A stretch of DNA of 64,000 nt from Solirubrobacteraceae bacterium (GTDB lineage: Bacteria > Actinomycetota > Thermoleophilia > Solirubrobacterales > Solirubrobacteraceae), in contig DATAZX010000013.1 of NCBI GenBank assembly GCA_036271815.1, positions 16,545 through 80,544 of the forward strand. Direction: 5' to 3'. The position numbers were made by a program, and so were the translations under genes. Positions 40,209-48,783 of this stretch are shown here, piece by piece. How positions within the stretch are numbered: position 1 is the first letter of the stretch; each line of letters starts with the position of its first letter. The notes beneath the pieces were generated by a model, which saw only the letters and a program-made list of their open reading frames with translations, searched no databases and was not told the origin of the DNA.

Positions 40209-41915
40209 ATGCCGATCGACGACGCCGGTGGCCACGCGCCGGGCTCCGCTGACGTCGTCGGCGGGCATCTCGTCGCGCGGCGGCTGAAGGCGCACGGGGT
40301 CACGAAGCTCTTCACGCTCTCCGGCGGGCATCTGTTCTCGATCTACGACGGCTGCCGCGCCGAGGGCATCGACATCGTCGACGTGCGCCACGAGCAGTCG
40401 GCGGCGTTCGCGGCGGAGGGCTGGGCGAAGGTCACCCGCACGCCGGGGGTCGTCGCGCTGACCGCTGGCCCGGGCGTCACGAACGGGCTGAGCGCGCTCG
40501 CGTCGGCGCTGCAGAACCACTCGCCGATGCTCGTGCTGGGAGGCCGCGCGCCCGCCGCGCGCTGGGGGCAGGGGTCGCTGCAGGAGATCGACCACGTGCC
40601 GTTCGTCGCGCCGCTGACGAAGTTCGCCGCGACCTCGACGAGCACCGCCGCGATCCCCGAGCTCGTGGACGCGGCGCTGGCGGCCGCGGTCGCGCCGCAC
40701 GGCGGGCCGGCGTTCGTCGACCTGCCCCTGGACCACGTCTTCGGCGCGGCGCCGGAGGATGCGGCCGCGGGGGTCGGACCCGGGCGGCCCGTCGAAGGGG
40801 AGGCGGATGGGAACGCGGTGGCGCGCGCGGTCGCACTGCTGCGCGGTGCCCGCCGGCCGGTCGTGATGGCGGGCACCGATCTGTACTGGGGCCGCGGCGA
40901 GGGCGCGCTGCTCGCGCTTGCCGAGCGGCTGCGGATCCCGGTCTTCCTCAACGGGCTGGCGCGGGGCTGCGTGCCGGCCGATCACGAGCTGTTCTTCTCG
41001 CGCGCGCGACGCGAGGCACTGCGCGACGCCGACGTCGCGCTCGTCGTCGGCGCGCCGATGGACTTCCGGCTGGGCTTCGGAGCGGTGTTCGGCGACGACA
41101 CGTCGCTCGTGGCGATCGATCGCGTGCCTCCCGCCCGCGAGCATCCGCGGGCGGTCGCGGTGCGGCTGTACGGGGGGATCTCCGGGACGCTCGACGCGCT
41201 CGCCTCGGGCGCGGGGTCGAGCGCGGGCTCGGGCTCGGAGTGGGGCACGGGCTCGGACTCCGGGGCGAGCCGCGAGGCGTGGATCGCGCGGCTGCGCGGC
41301 GTCGAGCACGAGGCGCGCGCGGCGGAGCGCGCCGAGCGCGAGGACGACCGGGCGCCGCTGCATCCGATGCGGATCTACGCCGAGCTCGGCGCGCTGCTGG
41401 ACCGCGACGCGATCGTGATCGGCGACGGCGGCGACTTCGTCTCCTTCGCGGGACGCATGATCGACTCCTACCAGCCGGGCTGCTGGCTGGATCCGGGGCC
41501 GTTCGGCTGCCTCGGCTCCGGACCGGGCTACGCGCTGGCGGCCAAGCTCGCGCATCCCTCGCGCCAGGTCGTCCTGCTGCTCGGCGACGGGGCGTTCGGC
41601 TTCGGCGGAATGGAGTTCGACACGCTGGCACGCCACGGCGTGAACGTCGTCGGGGTCGTGGGCAACAACGGGATCTGGGGGCTCGAGAAGCACCCGATGG
41701 AGACGATCTACGGGTACTCGGTGGCTGCCGACCTGCGGCCCGAGACGCGCTATGACGGCGTCGTCGCGGCGCTTGGTGGGCACGGCGAGCTCGTGCGCAC
41801 GCCGGCGCAGCTGCGCCCGGCGCTCGTGCGGGCGTTCGAGGCGGGGCTGCCGGCGCTCGTCAACGTGTCGACGGACCCGAGCGTGGCGTACCCACGGCGG
41901 TCGAACCTCGCCTGA
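40209..41915 (+). CDS. thiamine-pyrophosphate enzyme (acetolactate synthase / oxalyl-CoA decarboxylase-like)
   Basis: N-terminal Pyr domain ([27 protein letters not shown]) and the C-terminal TPP motif GDGAFGF...NNG. Confidence 0.85.
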   Translation: MPIDDAGGHAPGSADVVGGHLVARRLKAHGVTKLFTLSGGHLFSIYDGCRAEGIDIVDVRHEQSAAFAAEGWAKVTRTPGVVALTAGPGVTNGLSALASALQNHSPMLVLGGRAPAARWGQGSLQEIDHVPFVAPLTKFAATSTSTAAIPELVDAALAAAVAPHGGPAFVDLPLDHVFGAAPEDAAAGVGPGRPVEGEADGNAVARAVALLRGARRPVVMAGTDLYWGRGEGALLALAERLRIPVFLNGLARGCVPADHELFFSRARREALRDADVALVVGAPMDFRLGFGAVFGDDTSLVAIDRVPPAREHPRAVAVRLYGGISGTLDALASGAGSSAGSGSEWGTGSDSGASREAWIARLRGVEHEARAAERAEREDDRAPLHPMRIYAELGALLDRDAIVIGDGGDFVSFAGRMIDSYQPGCWLDPGPFGCLGSGPGYALAAKLAHPSRQVVLLLGDGAFGFGGMEFDTLARHGVNVVGVVGNNGIWGLEKHPMETIYGYSVAADLRPETRYDGVVAALGGHGELVRTPAQLRPALVRAFEAGLPALVNVSTDPSVAYPRRSNLA

Positions 41916-41933
41916 CGAGCGCGCGCTCGCGTG

Positions 41934-42020
41934 TCAAAAGGCGGAAGCCGCCCCCAGGGGAAAGGGCGGCTTCCTGATGCTGGCCTCGGCAGGACGGGCA
42001 GGGGGTACGTGCCTAGCGAG
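41934..42020 (-). ncRNA. candidate small RNA with two C-rich hairpin loops (6C-like?)
   Basis: On the minus strand: CCUCG-CUA-GGCA-CGUACCCCC-UGCC-...-CGAGG, then the terminator hairpin with loop UUUCCCCUGG and a U-tract. It lies in a 263-bp convergent spacer. No homology was tested. Confidence 0.25.
41943..41974 (-). terminator. intrinsic terminator (11-bp perfect stem); the U-tract is on the minus strand
   Basis: GGAAGCCGCCC-(10-nt loop)-GGGCGGCUUCC. On the minus strand it is followed by GCCUUUUGA. It may also stop the convergent TPP-enzyme transcript. Confidence 0.65.
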
Positions 42021-42178
42021 GTCTATGTGTGATCCGGGCGGCGGGAGGCGCCGATCTATCGGCAGGCCCGGACCTATGGGCCGGCGGTCGGTCCCCCTCT
42101 CAAAGCCTGGGTCCCTCACCGGCACTCTGAGTATCGGACGCTCGCGCGGAAAGCTTGAGTCGGACGTTCGTCGAGTCT

Positions 42179-43099
42179 TCAGGAGGCCGCGAGCGCGAGC
42201 GCGCAGCCGCGCAGGATGTCGTGCTCGGAGACCTCGACGGACTCCAGGCCGAAGGCGCGGATCGCCTCGATCAGCATCGCGATGCCGGCGACGATCGTCG
42301 GCGCGCGCTCCGGATGCAGGCCGACGACCTCGCGGCGCTCGGCGTTCGTCATCTGGGCGAGCCGCGCGAGCAGCAGCTCGCACGTGGACAGCTCGAGCCG
42401 GTGGCCGTGGACGCGCTTGGGGTCGTAGGGGTCCAGGGCGAGCTCGATCGCGGCGCACTGGGTCGCGGTGCCGGCGACGGCGATGGCGGTCTGGACGCGC
42501 TCGCGAAGCTCGTGGGGGACGGCGCCGATGACGATCGCCTGGACCTCGGCGGCGAGCGCCTGGATGCCCTCGGGCGGGGGCGGGTCGTCGTGCAGGTGGC
42601 GCTCGGTCTGGCGCACGACGCCGGCCTGCGTGGAGACGTGGAAGTCGACGACGCCGTCGCGGCCCGTGACGAACTCGGTGGATCCGCCTCCGATGTCGAT
42701 GACGACCACCTCCGCGCCGTCGTGGGGGCGCTCGCTCGTCGCGCCGGCGAACGTGAGCGCGGCCTCCTCGTCGCCGCCGATCGTGCGGGCGCGCAGGTCG
42801 AAGCGATCGTTGATCTCGGCGGTGAAGGTCGCGCCGTTGGCGGCGTCGCGGACGGCGCTCGTGAGGACGCCGGTGGTGGCGGTGGCGCCGTGCTCGTCGA
42901 TCGCCGCGCGGTAGCGCTCGAGGACGTCGAAGACGCGCTGCATCGGGGCGTCGCCGAGGCGGCCGGTCGCGTCGACGCCCTCGCCGAGCCGGGTCACGAT
43001 CGACTCGCGGCGAAGCTCGGTGACCGTGCGGTCGGGCGCGACCTCCGCGACCAGCAGGCGGGTCGAGTTCGTTCCGATGTCGACGACGGCGACGCGCAC
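42179..43099 (-). CDS. ppx: exopolyphosphatase / guanosine pentaphosphate phosphohydrolase (Ppx/GppA family)
   Basis: VAVVDIGTNSTRLLV, DIGGGSTE and ...GTATQ motifs. The track start (GTG 43165) nearly abuts the tRNA, so I prefer the GTG at 43099 (VRVAVVD). Confidence 0.85.
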   Translation of the reverse strand: MRVAVVDIGTNSTRLLVAEVAPDRTVTELRRESIVTRLGEGVDATGRLGDAPMQRVFDVLERYRAAIDEHGATATTGVLTSAVRDAANGATFTAEINDRFDLRARTIGGDEEAALTFAGATSERPHDGAEVVVIDIGGGSTEFVTGRDGVVDFHVSTQAGVVRQTERHLHDDPPPPEGIQALAAEVQAIVIGAVPHELRERVQTAIAVAGTATQCAAIELALDPYDPKRVHGHRLELSTCELLLARLAQMTNAERREVVGLHPERAPTIVAGIAMLIEAIRAFGLESVEVSEHDILRGCALALAAS

Positions 43100-43169
43100 G
43101 CTGCGAGGGTAGCCGCCCGGCCATCCGTCGACTGTCCGGCGGGCTGTTGCTAAGCTGTGACCCACACGC

Positions 43170-43243
<74 letters not shown>

Positions 43244-43248
43244 TACGG

Positions 43249-43273
43249 AAACCCCCTCTCGCCAGGGGGTTTT
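43249..43273 (+). terminator. intrinsic terminator after tRNA-fMet
   Basis: AAACCCCCU-CUCGCC-AGGGGGUUU followed by UCGUUCUU. Confidence 0.7.
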
Positions 43274-43369
43274 CGTTCTTAAGAGGCCGGTCGGCCGGTT
43301 CTGCGTGTGGGCTGCTGGACCAGGGTGCTGGACGAACCTGCAGCCCGCTTCGTGGTCACCGCTGCTCGG

Positions 43370-43659
43370 CGTCGAGGATCGCGGCTTCGACGTGCCGGCG
43401 GATGTAGCGCACGTGCCGGCAGAGCTTGACGCGCGGCAGCGTAGGGCATCCTGTCCTTGCCAGCTTCCCGGCGCGCAGCCCCTTTCGCTTCACCCGCGCC
43501 CAGGCCGACCAACTCGCGGCCGAATTCGCGGCCGCCGACTCCGACGTCGCGCTGTCGGCGCAGCCACCTCGACAGGCGGTGGTAGGAGGTCTCCAGCTCG
43601 GCGGCGAGGCCGCGGGCAGCAATCAGCTTGGTCGGCTCGGTCACCCTCCGCGCCTCCAT
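43370..43659 (-). pseudogene. possible frameshifted remnant of an excisionase/MerR-like HTH gene
   Basis: One frame reads MEARRVTEPTKLIAARGLAAELETSYHRLSRWLRR (HTH-like). A second frame downstream reads ...LPRVKLCRHVRYIRRHVEAAILDAEQR, like the xxLPxVKLGRxxRxRxxDVEAFL tail of excisionase-family HTH proteins. Neither frame is complete. Confidence 0.25.
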
Positions 43660-44249
43660 CCGCGCTTCGGCGCCTCACCGAATGTCCCGGCGAGTCGCCA
43701 CGACGTGTCGACCTGCTGCGTGAACCCGCCGCCGAGACTGAGGACCTTCCGCTGGCGGATCTTGCTCGCGACATCGGCATCGATCCCGAAGTCCTCGCGT
43801 GAGGTGACCTGTAGCTGGAACTCCCGCAGGCCGTACCTCGCGCGACCCTCCGCAACGGCCTGCCAGGTCGGCTCGTGGCTGAACCACACAAGGCCGTCGG
43901 GAACCTCGGGCATGGTGGCCGACACGAGCCTGGCCTCGAAGACAAGAGAGCGGTCGCGGCGGCTGCCGATGCTCAGCGTGGCGTGATTCTTGAGGACGCG
44001 CTTGATCGGGGCTTCGATGTTCGCGCTGATGTCACGCTTCCAACCGTGCTCGGATCTGACGGTCAGGCGCTCGGCGCCGAGCGCCATGAGCAGTCGCATC
44101 GCCTCGCCGAAGCGCTCTTCGAAGACGCGGACGTGGAAGTCAGCTATCGGGTAGTAGCGCTCGGCGACCGCTGGGCTGCCGATGTAGACGACGTTGCGAA
44201 GCGGGTGCCCGATAGGCATGTCGAGCTGACCCACGTGCGACTGCCTCAC
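43641..44249 (-). CDS. orphan hypothetical protein (202 aa), possibly 5'-truncated
   Basis: Protein-like, beta-rich sequence (…NVVYIGSPAVAERYYPIADFHVRVFEERFGEAMRLL…). The same frame stays open and protein-like for a further ~300 nt upstream (…GVLRGDPRHPTLKALKEADDDGLHLLP) without any ATG/GTG/TTG. Confidence 0.5.
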   Translation of the reverse strand: MRQSHVGQLDMPIGHPLRNVVYIGSPAVAERYYPIADFHVRVFEERFGEAMRLLMALGAERLTVRSEHGWKRDISANIEAPIKRVLKNHATLSIGSRRDRSLVFEARLVSATMPEVPDGLVWFSHEPTWQAVAEGRARYGLREFQLQVTSREDFGIDADVASKIRQRKVLSLGGGFTQQVDTSWRLAGTFGEAPKRGWRRGG

Positions 44250-44550
44250 CGGCAGCAGGTGCAGGCCGTCGTCGTCGGCTTCTTTGAGCGCCTTCAGCGT
44301 CGGATGCCGCGGATCGCCGCGGAGTACGCCCCACGGACGTCGAGGTTGATCCAGGACACCTGCGGCGCCCGGGTCGTTCTCGGCTTCAAGGACGTCATCG
44401 GGGTCGAGCGGGCCGGGTTCTGGCGCCGGCAGTTCCTCAACCCGTTCGCCCTCGAGGGGTACTGAGCGACTGCGCCCCAGCCGGCGGCGAGGCGCCGACT
44501 CTCCCGCCCGTCGCGCGCCGACACGAGGCCGGGCGCGCGACGGCGGAAAG

Positions 44551-44841
44551 TCAAGCCGGGGGAGGAGGCGGCGGCGGGCGCCAGGGCTCGCCGGGCTTGC
44601 GCGACGGGGGCGTCCAGCCCTTCGCGGTCATGCCGAGCGTGTTCATCGCGCGCTCCTTGACCGTCCACGGCAGGCGCCGGTACAGCGGCACGAACAGCGT
44701 CCGCCACAGCGTGCCGCCGGACTCGCGGTAGGGCGCCACCGTCGACGGCTGGTCGCGCCCGATCTCGCTCAGCACGGCGAGGCGCAGGTAGTGCTCCGAG
44801 CGCTCCCGCAGGTTGCGCTTGGCGTCCGAGACCGAGCTCAC
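44551..44841 (-). CDS. small hypothetical protein (96 aa) ending in a poly-Pro tail; last gene of the long minus operon
   Basis: GTG start overlapping the upstream stop (GTGA). VSSVSDAKRNLRERSEHYLRLAVLSEIG...TLWRTLFVPLYRRLPWTVKERAMNTLGMTAKGW...PPPPPPPA. Confidence 0.55.
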   Translation of the reverse strand: MSSVSDAKRNLRERSEHYLRLAVLSEIGRDQPSTVAPYRESGGTLWRTLFVPLYRRLPWTVKERAMNTLGMTAKGWTPPSRKPGEPWRPPPPPPPA

Positions 44842-46193
44842 GTCGCCACCACCAGCTCGTTCGCGCGCTGCGCCGCCAGCGCGTTCTGCGCCGCGATCGA
44901 GATCGGCTCGAAGAGGGCGCCGATCGGCGGCGAGTAGATGTTCTCCATGTAGGCGAGGTCGTACAGCGTCGCGCCGCGCTTGGCCGCGAACGCGAGGAAG
45001 TCGCAGCGCTCCTTGACGCCCTCGCCGCCGTGGATGACGCCGCCGATCAGCCGCAGCGTGCCCGGCTCGGCGAGCAGCTTGACGAACGTCTTCGTCGCGC
45101 CCGGGAAGTAGCGCGCCTTCGTGACGCCGACGCCCTTGGCGAGCACGTACGGGATTCCGATCGACTTGGCGAGGTTCTCGCCCATCGAGAAGCCGCCGAT
45201 CGTGTAGTCGCCGGCGACCATGCCCCACGGCACCCACACCGGGTCGTAGGCGAGGTCGGAGCCCGTGATGTTGAACGCCGCGACCCGGCCCTGGGCGTAC
45301 GCGTGCGCGCCCGTGAGCCCGACGATCGGGACCATGTTCAGGCCGTGCGGGACCTCGATGACGTCGCCCGCCGCCCACACGCCCTTCGCCGACGTGCGCA
45401 TGTGATCGTCGACGACGACCGCCCCGGTCGTGCCGAGCTTCAGGCCCGCGGCCTCGGCGAGCGCGGTGTTCGGGACCTTGTGCAGGCCCGTCACGACCGC
45501 GTCGCATTCGATCACGCCGTCGGACGTCGTGACGGCGCGGACGTGCCCGTCGGCGTTGCCGTCGAAGGACTCGAGCCGCGTACCGAGGTGCAGCTTCACG
45601 CCGCGCGCCTCGAGCGAGTCGTGGACGGGCTTGGCGACGTCGGGATCGAGGATCTCGTGCAGCACCCAGGGACCCTCGTCGACGAGGTCGACCTGCAGCC
45701 CGCGGTGCGCCAGCGCCCCCGCCATCTCGACCGCGATCGGGCCGCCACCGTGGACGACGACGCGCTTCATGTCGTCGAGCTTCTCGTCGAACTCCATCGA
45801 CTTGCGGATGTCCTTGACGTAGTGCAGCCCGTCGAGGTTCGCGCCCGGCACCTTCGGCTGCTCCCAGAAGAAGCCGGTGCAGAGGATCAGCTGGTCGAAG
45901 CCCTCCGGCTGGTTGCGGACCGTGATCGTGCGGCGGTCGAGGTCGATGTCGGTGACGGTCGTCTCCATGCGCATGTCGAGGCCGTCCTCCTCGTAGCGCG
46001 CGACGGTCGAGAGGAAGAGGTCGTCGAACTTCGGGATCTCCCTGCCGTGCACGAAGGGGATCCCGCACGGCGAGTAGGCGATGTCCGAGAACTCCGTGAA
46101 CACGCTCACCTTCAGGGCCGGGTTCAGGCGTTTGGTGATGGTGGCGGCTGCCGTACCCGCGCCGCCACCGCCGATGACGATCACGCGCTCCAT
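44838..46193 (-). CDS. FAD-dependent pyridine nucleotide-disulfide oxidoreductase (NADH oxidase / CoA-disulfide reductase-like, single redox Cys)
   Basis: VIVIGGGGAGTAAA (FAD), YSPCGIPF (the redox-Cys position of Nox/CoADR enzymes), VVVHGGGPIAVEMAG (NAD(P)H) and GVWAAGDV. Confidence 0.85.
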   Translation of the reverse strand: MERVIVIGGGGAGTAAATITKRLNPALKVSVFTEFSDIAYSPCGIPFVHGREIPKFDDLFLSTVARYEEDGLDMRMETTVTDIDLDRRTITVRNQPEGFDQLILCTGFFWEQPKVPGANLDGLHYVKDIRKSMEFDEKLDDMKRVVVHGGGPIAVEMAGALAHRGLQVDLVDEGPWVLHEILDPDVAKPVHDSLEARGVKLHLGTRLESFDGNADGHVRAVTTSDGVIECDAVVTGLHKVPNTALAEAAGLKLGTTGAVVVDDHMRTSAKGVWAAGDVIEVPHGLNMVPIVGLTGAHAYAQGRVAAFNITGSDLAYDPVWVPWGMVAGDYTIGGFSMGENLAKSIGIPYVLAKGVGVTKARYFPGATKTFVKLLAEPGTLRLIGGVIHGGEGVKERCDFLAFAAKRGATLYDLAYMENIYSPPIGALFEPISIAAQNALAAQRANELVVAT

Positions 46194-47425
46194 GATGGTT
46201 CCTCTCGGTCGTTGACAATCAGATCTGAGATCTCCTCGCGGCGGCGATGCAGGCGCCACGTGCCCCCGTCGCGCGCGACGATCGCCGGGCGCAGGTCGCC
46301 GAACTGCGTCGACTGCACCTGGTTGTAGGCGCCGACGTCGCGGGCGATCAGCACGTCGCCCGGGGCGAGCTCGCCGAGGCGGGCGGCGGGGGCGAGGACG
46401 TCGATGTTCAGGCACAGCGGCCCCGCGACGAGCGCCGGTGAGGCCGTGGCGTCGCCTCGCGGTCGCAGGGGCTCCAGGCGCGGCCACGCCCACAGGGCGC
46501 TGGCGAGCAGGTTCGTGCCGGCGTCGACGACGGCGCAGATGCTCGCGTCGGCGAGGGTCTTGACGGCGACGACCGTGCAGGCGAGGTCGACCGCGTCGGC
46601 GACGAGCGCGCGGCCCGGCTCGAGCAGCAGGCGCCCGTCGAAGCCCGCGCCGCGCAGGGCGTGGGCGACGGCGGCGGCCGTTGCCGTGGCGGCCGTCGAC
46701 GGCGCCGCCGGCCAGCCGCCGCCGAGGTCGATCGTCGTGACGCCGAGCTGGGCGGCGAGCCCGGCGAGCGTCGCGGCGGCCTGGGCGTGGACCGCCGGCG
46801 ACTTCGCCCACGCGACGCGGACGTTGGCGGCGAGGTTGTCCGCGCGCTCGCCCCCGGCGCCGGCACCCGCGCCGGCATCGGTGGGAGCCGTGAAGTCGGT
46901 CGAGACGAGGTGCACGGACAGCGCCTCGAGCGTCAGCCCGAGCTCGATCGCGCGGCGACCCGCGGCGACCACGTCCGCGGGGGCGATCCCGAAGCGGCTC
47001 GCCTGACCCTCCGGGCCGGGCAGCCCGACGCGGATCCCCGCCCGCTCGACGCCCGCGAGCGCGAGCCGTCGCAGCTCGGGCGCGCTGTCGACGATCACCA
47101 GCGCGCCGTCGGCGGCGGCACGCTCGAGCAGTGCGTCGGGCTTGACCGGGCCGTTGACCGTGATCCGCGGCCCGTCGACGCCGACGACGTCGCGCGCCAG
47201 CGCGTACTCCGCGGCGCACACGACCTCGGCCCCCGCGCCGTCGTCGGCGAACGCACGCAGGAACGCCGTCGTGCGGTTCGTCTTGTAGGAGTAGGAGATC
47301 TCGGTGTCTGGCCAGGCCGCCGACCACGCCTCGCGCATGCCGGCCAGCCGCTCGCGGGCGCGGTCGACGTCGGCGAGCCAGAGCGGGGAGCCGTGCTCGG
47401 CGACGAGCGCGGCGACGGCGCTCAC
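46181..47425 (-). CDS. fold-type III PLP-dependent decarboxylase (Orn/DAP/Arg decarboxylase family 2)
   Basis: YSYKTN (PLP Lys), IDLGGGWP, LLLEPGRALV and GPLCLNIDVL. GTGA overlap with the upstream gene. Confidence 0.85.
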   Translation of the reverse strand: MSAVAALVAEHGSPLWLADVDRARERLAGMREAWSAAWPDTEISYSYKTNRTTAFLRAFADDGAGAEVVCAAEYALARDVVGVDGPRITVNGPVKPDALLERAAADGALVIVDSAPELRRLALAGVERAGIRVGLPGPEGQASRFGIAPADVVAAGRRAIELGLTLEALSVHLVSTDFTAPTDAGAGAGAGGERADNLAANVRVAWAKSPAVHAQAAATLAGLAAQLGVTTIDLGGGWPAAPSTAATATAAAVAHALRGAGFDGRLLLEPGRALVADAVDLACTVVAVKTLADASICAVVDAGTNLLASALWAWPRLEPLRPRGDATASPALVAGPLCLNIDVLAPAARLGELAPGDVLIARDVGAYNQVQSTQFGDLRPAIVARDGGTWRLHRRREEISDLIVNDREEPSWSA

Positions 47426-48783
47426 AGTCCCTCCCGCACGGTCGCGGCGAGGTGCAGCGCCCGCGGCGTCCCCTTGCTGTCCAGCAGCGCGGCGACCGGC
47501 TCGCGCCAGCGCCCGGATGCCGCCTCGGCGATCGCCTCGGGCAGCACGCTGCGCAGGTGGCCCATCGCCCACGGGTCGGGTCGCGAGAGGTTCAGGCGCA
47601 GCGTCGTCGCGGCGCCCGTCGCGCCCATCCCGTCGCCGGGGTACGTGGCCACGTGGCGTGCGAACAGGGCGACCATCAGCTCCTGCGCCGTGACGCCGGC
47701 ACCGGACGTGTCCAGCGCGCAGGCCAGGCCGCGCACGGGCGAGGTCGTCAGCGCCACCCCGTCGACGGCGGCGAGCGTGGCCTTCAGATGCGAGAGGTTG
47801 CCGCGCACGATCCGCTCGGCGTGCGGCAGGTAGTCGACGTCCTCGAGCGCGCCGAGCGCGCCGTGCTGGGCGATCAGGCTCGTATTCAGGCGCGTCAGCG
47901 CGGCCTTCAGGCGCAGGCAGCTGCGCATCAGGCGCGACGGCCCGGCGAGGAAGCCGATCCGCGCACCCGCCATCCCGAAGCAGTGCGAGACCGAGAACGT
48001 CGCGACGGCGTTCTCGGTCAGCCGCAGGGCGGGCAGCGAGGCGAACGGGACGTCGGGATCGATGACGAGTGGCGCGTGCGTGACGTCGTGGATCAGCAGC
48101 AGGTCGTGCTCGTCGGCGAGCCGCGCGAGGGCGGCGAGCTCGTCCGGGGTCTGGACGGTCCCGTACGGGTTCAGCGGGTCGACGATCACGATCGCGCGGG
48201 TGCGCGGCGTGATCGCCGCGGCGACGAGGTCGGGGTCGAGGCGAAAGCCGGTGCTCGCGTCGATCGAGACGGTCACCGGCACGGCGCCCGTGGCGATCAC
48301 GGCCGACGGCACGTGGAAGTAGCCCGGATCGGACAGGATGACCTCGTCGCCCGGGCCGGCGACGGCCATCAGCGACAGCGCGATGCCGGCCTGCGCGCCC
48401 TCCGTCCCGATGACCTCGAAGCTCTCGTCGCGCGGGCGGCCGAGCACGCGCGCGGCGGATTCGCGCAGCGGCTCGACGAGATCCGGGCTGTACTGGTTGA
48501 GGTGCTCGGCGGTGACGGCGTCGCGCATCGCGTCGACCGCGCTCGCGGGCGGGCCGGCGAAGCAGGTCAGCCAGCCGAGGTCGGCCCACGTCGCGGGATC
48601 CAGCCGCGTCGTGCCGCCGGGGTACATCGTCGCGGGGTCGAAGCCGACGATCGCGATCGCGTCGCGGTAGGTGAGGTAGTTCCACATCGCGTGGTGCGAG
48701 CGCTCGAGCGCGATCAGCCGCTCGGACGCAAGCTGCGGCGTGCTGTCGGGGTCGGTGCCCCAGGTGAGGACGGAGGAGCTCAT
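47422..48783 (-). CDS. class I/II aminotransferase-fold protein with His at the Schiff-base lysine position
   Basis: DPLNPYG and LLLIHD fit the fold. The usually invariant S-x-S-K-x-F-x-M-x-G-x-R-x-G block reads SVSHCFGMAGARIG (His codon CAC, complement of 47983-47985). Confidence 0.8.
   Translation of the reverse strand: MSSSVLTWGTDPDSTPQLASERLIALERSHHAMWNYLTYRDAIAIVGFDPATMYPGGTTRLDPATWADLGWLTCFAGPPASAVDAMRDAVTAEHLNQYSPDLVEPLRESAARVLGRPRDESFEVIGTEGAQAGIALSLMAVAGPGDEVILSDPGYFHVPSAVIATGAVPVTVSIDASTGFRLDPDLVAAAITPRTRAIVIVDPLNPYGTVQTPDELAALARLADEHDLLLIHDVTHAPLVIDPDVPFASLPALRLTENAVATFSVSHCFGMAGARIGFLAGPSRLMRSCLRLKAALTRLNTSLIAQHGALGALEDVDYLPHAERIVRGNLSHLKATLAAVDGVALTTSPVRGLACALDTSGAGVTAQELMVALFARHVATYPGDGMGATGAATTLRLNLSRPDPWAMGHLRSVLPEAIAEAASGRWREPVAALLDSKGTPRALHLAATVREGL

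Noticed and set aside
41916-42178. Tested by eye for SRP RNA, RNase P RNA, tmRNA and 6S RNA
   Set aside because: It lacks the conserved SRP domain IV (…GGAAG…AGCA…), the RNase P GGAAAGUCCGG core in proper context, and the tmRNA tRNA-like ends. It is too short for RNase P or tmRNA. Only the weaker 6C-like idea is retained as a finding.
43244-44600. Direct repeat of the tRNA-fMet 3' end (att site) delimiting an integrated element
   Set aside because: I could not find a second copy of GGTTCGAATCCCGCCCCCGC or a substantial part of it within the islet or the following 1.3 kb. The element boundaries therefore remain undefined.
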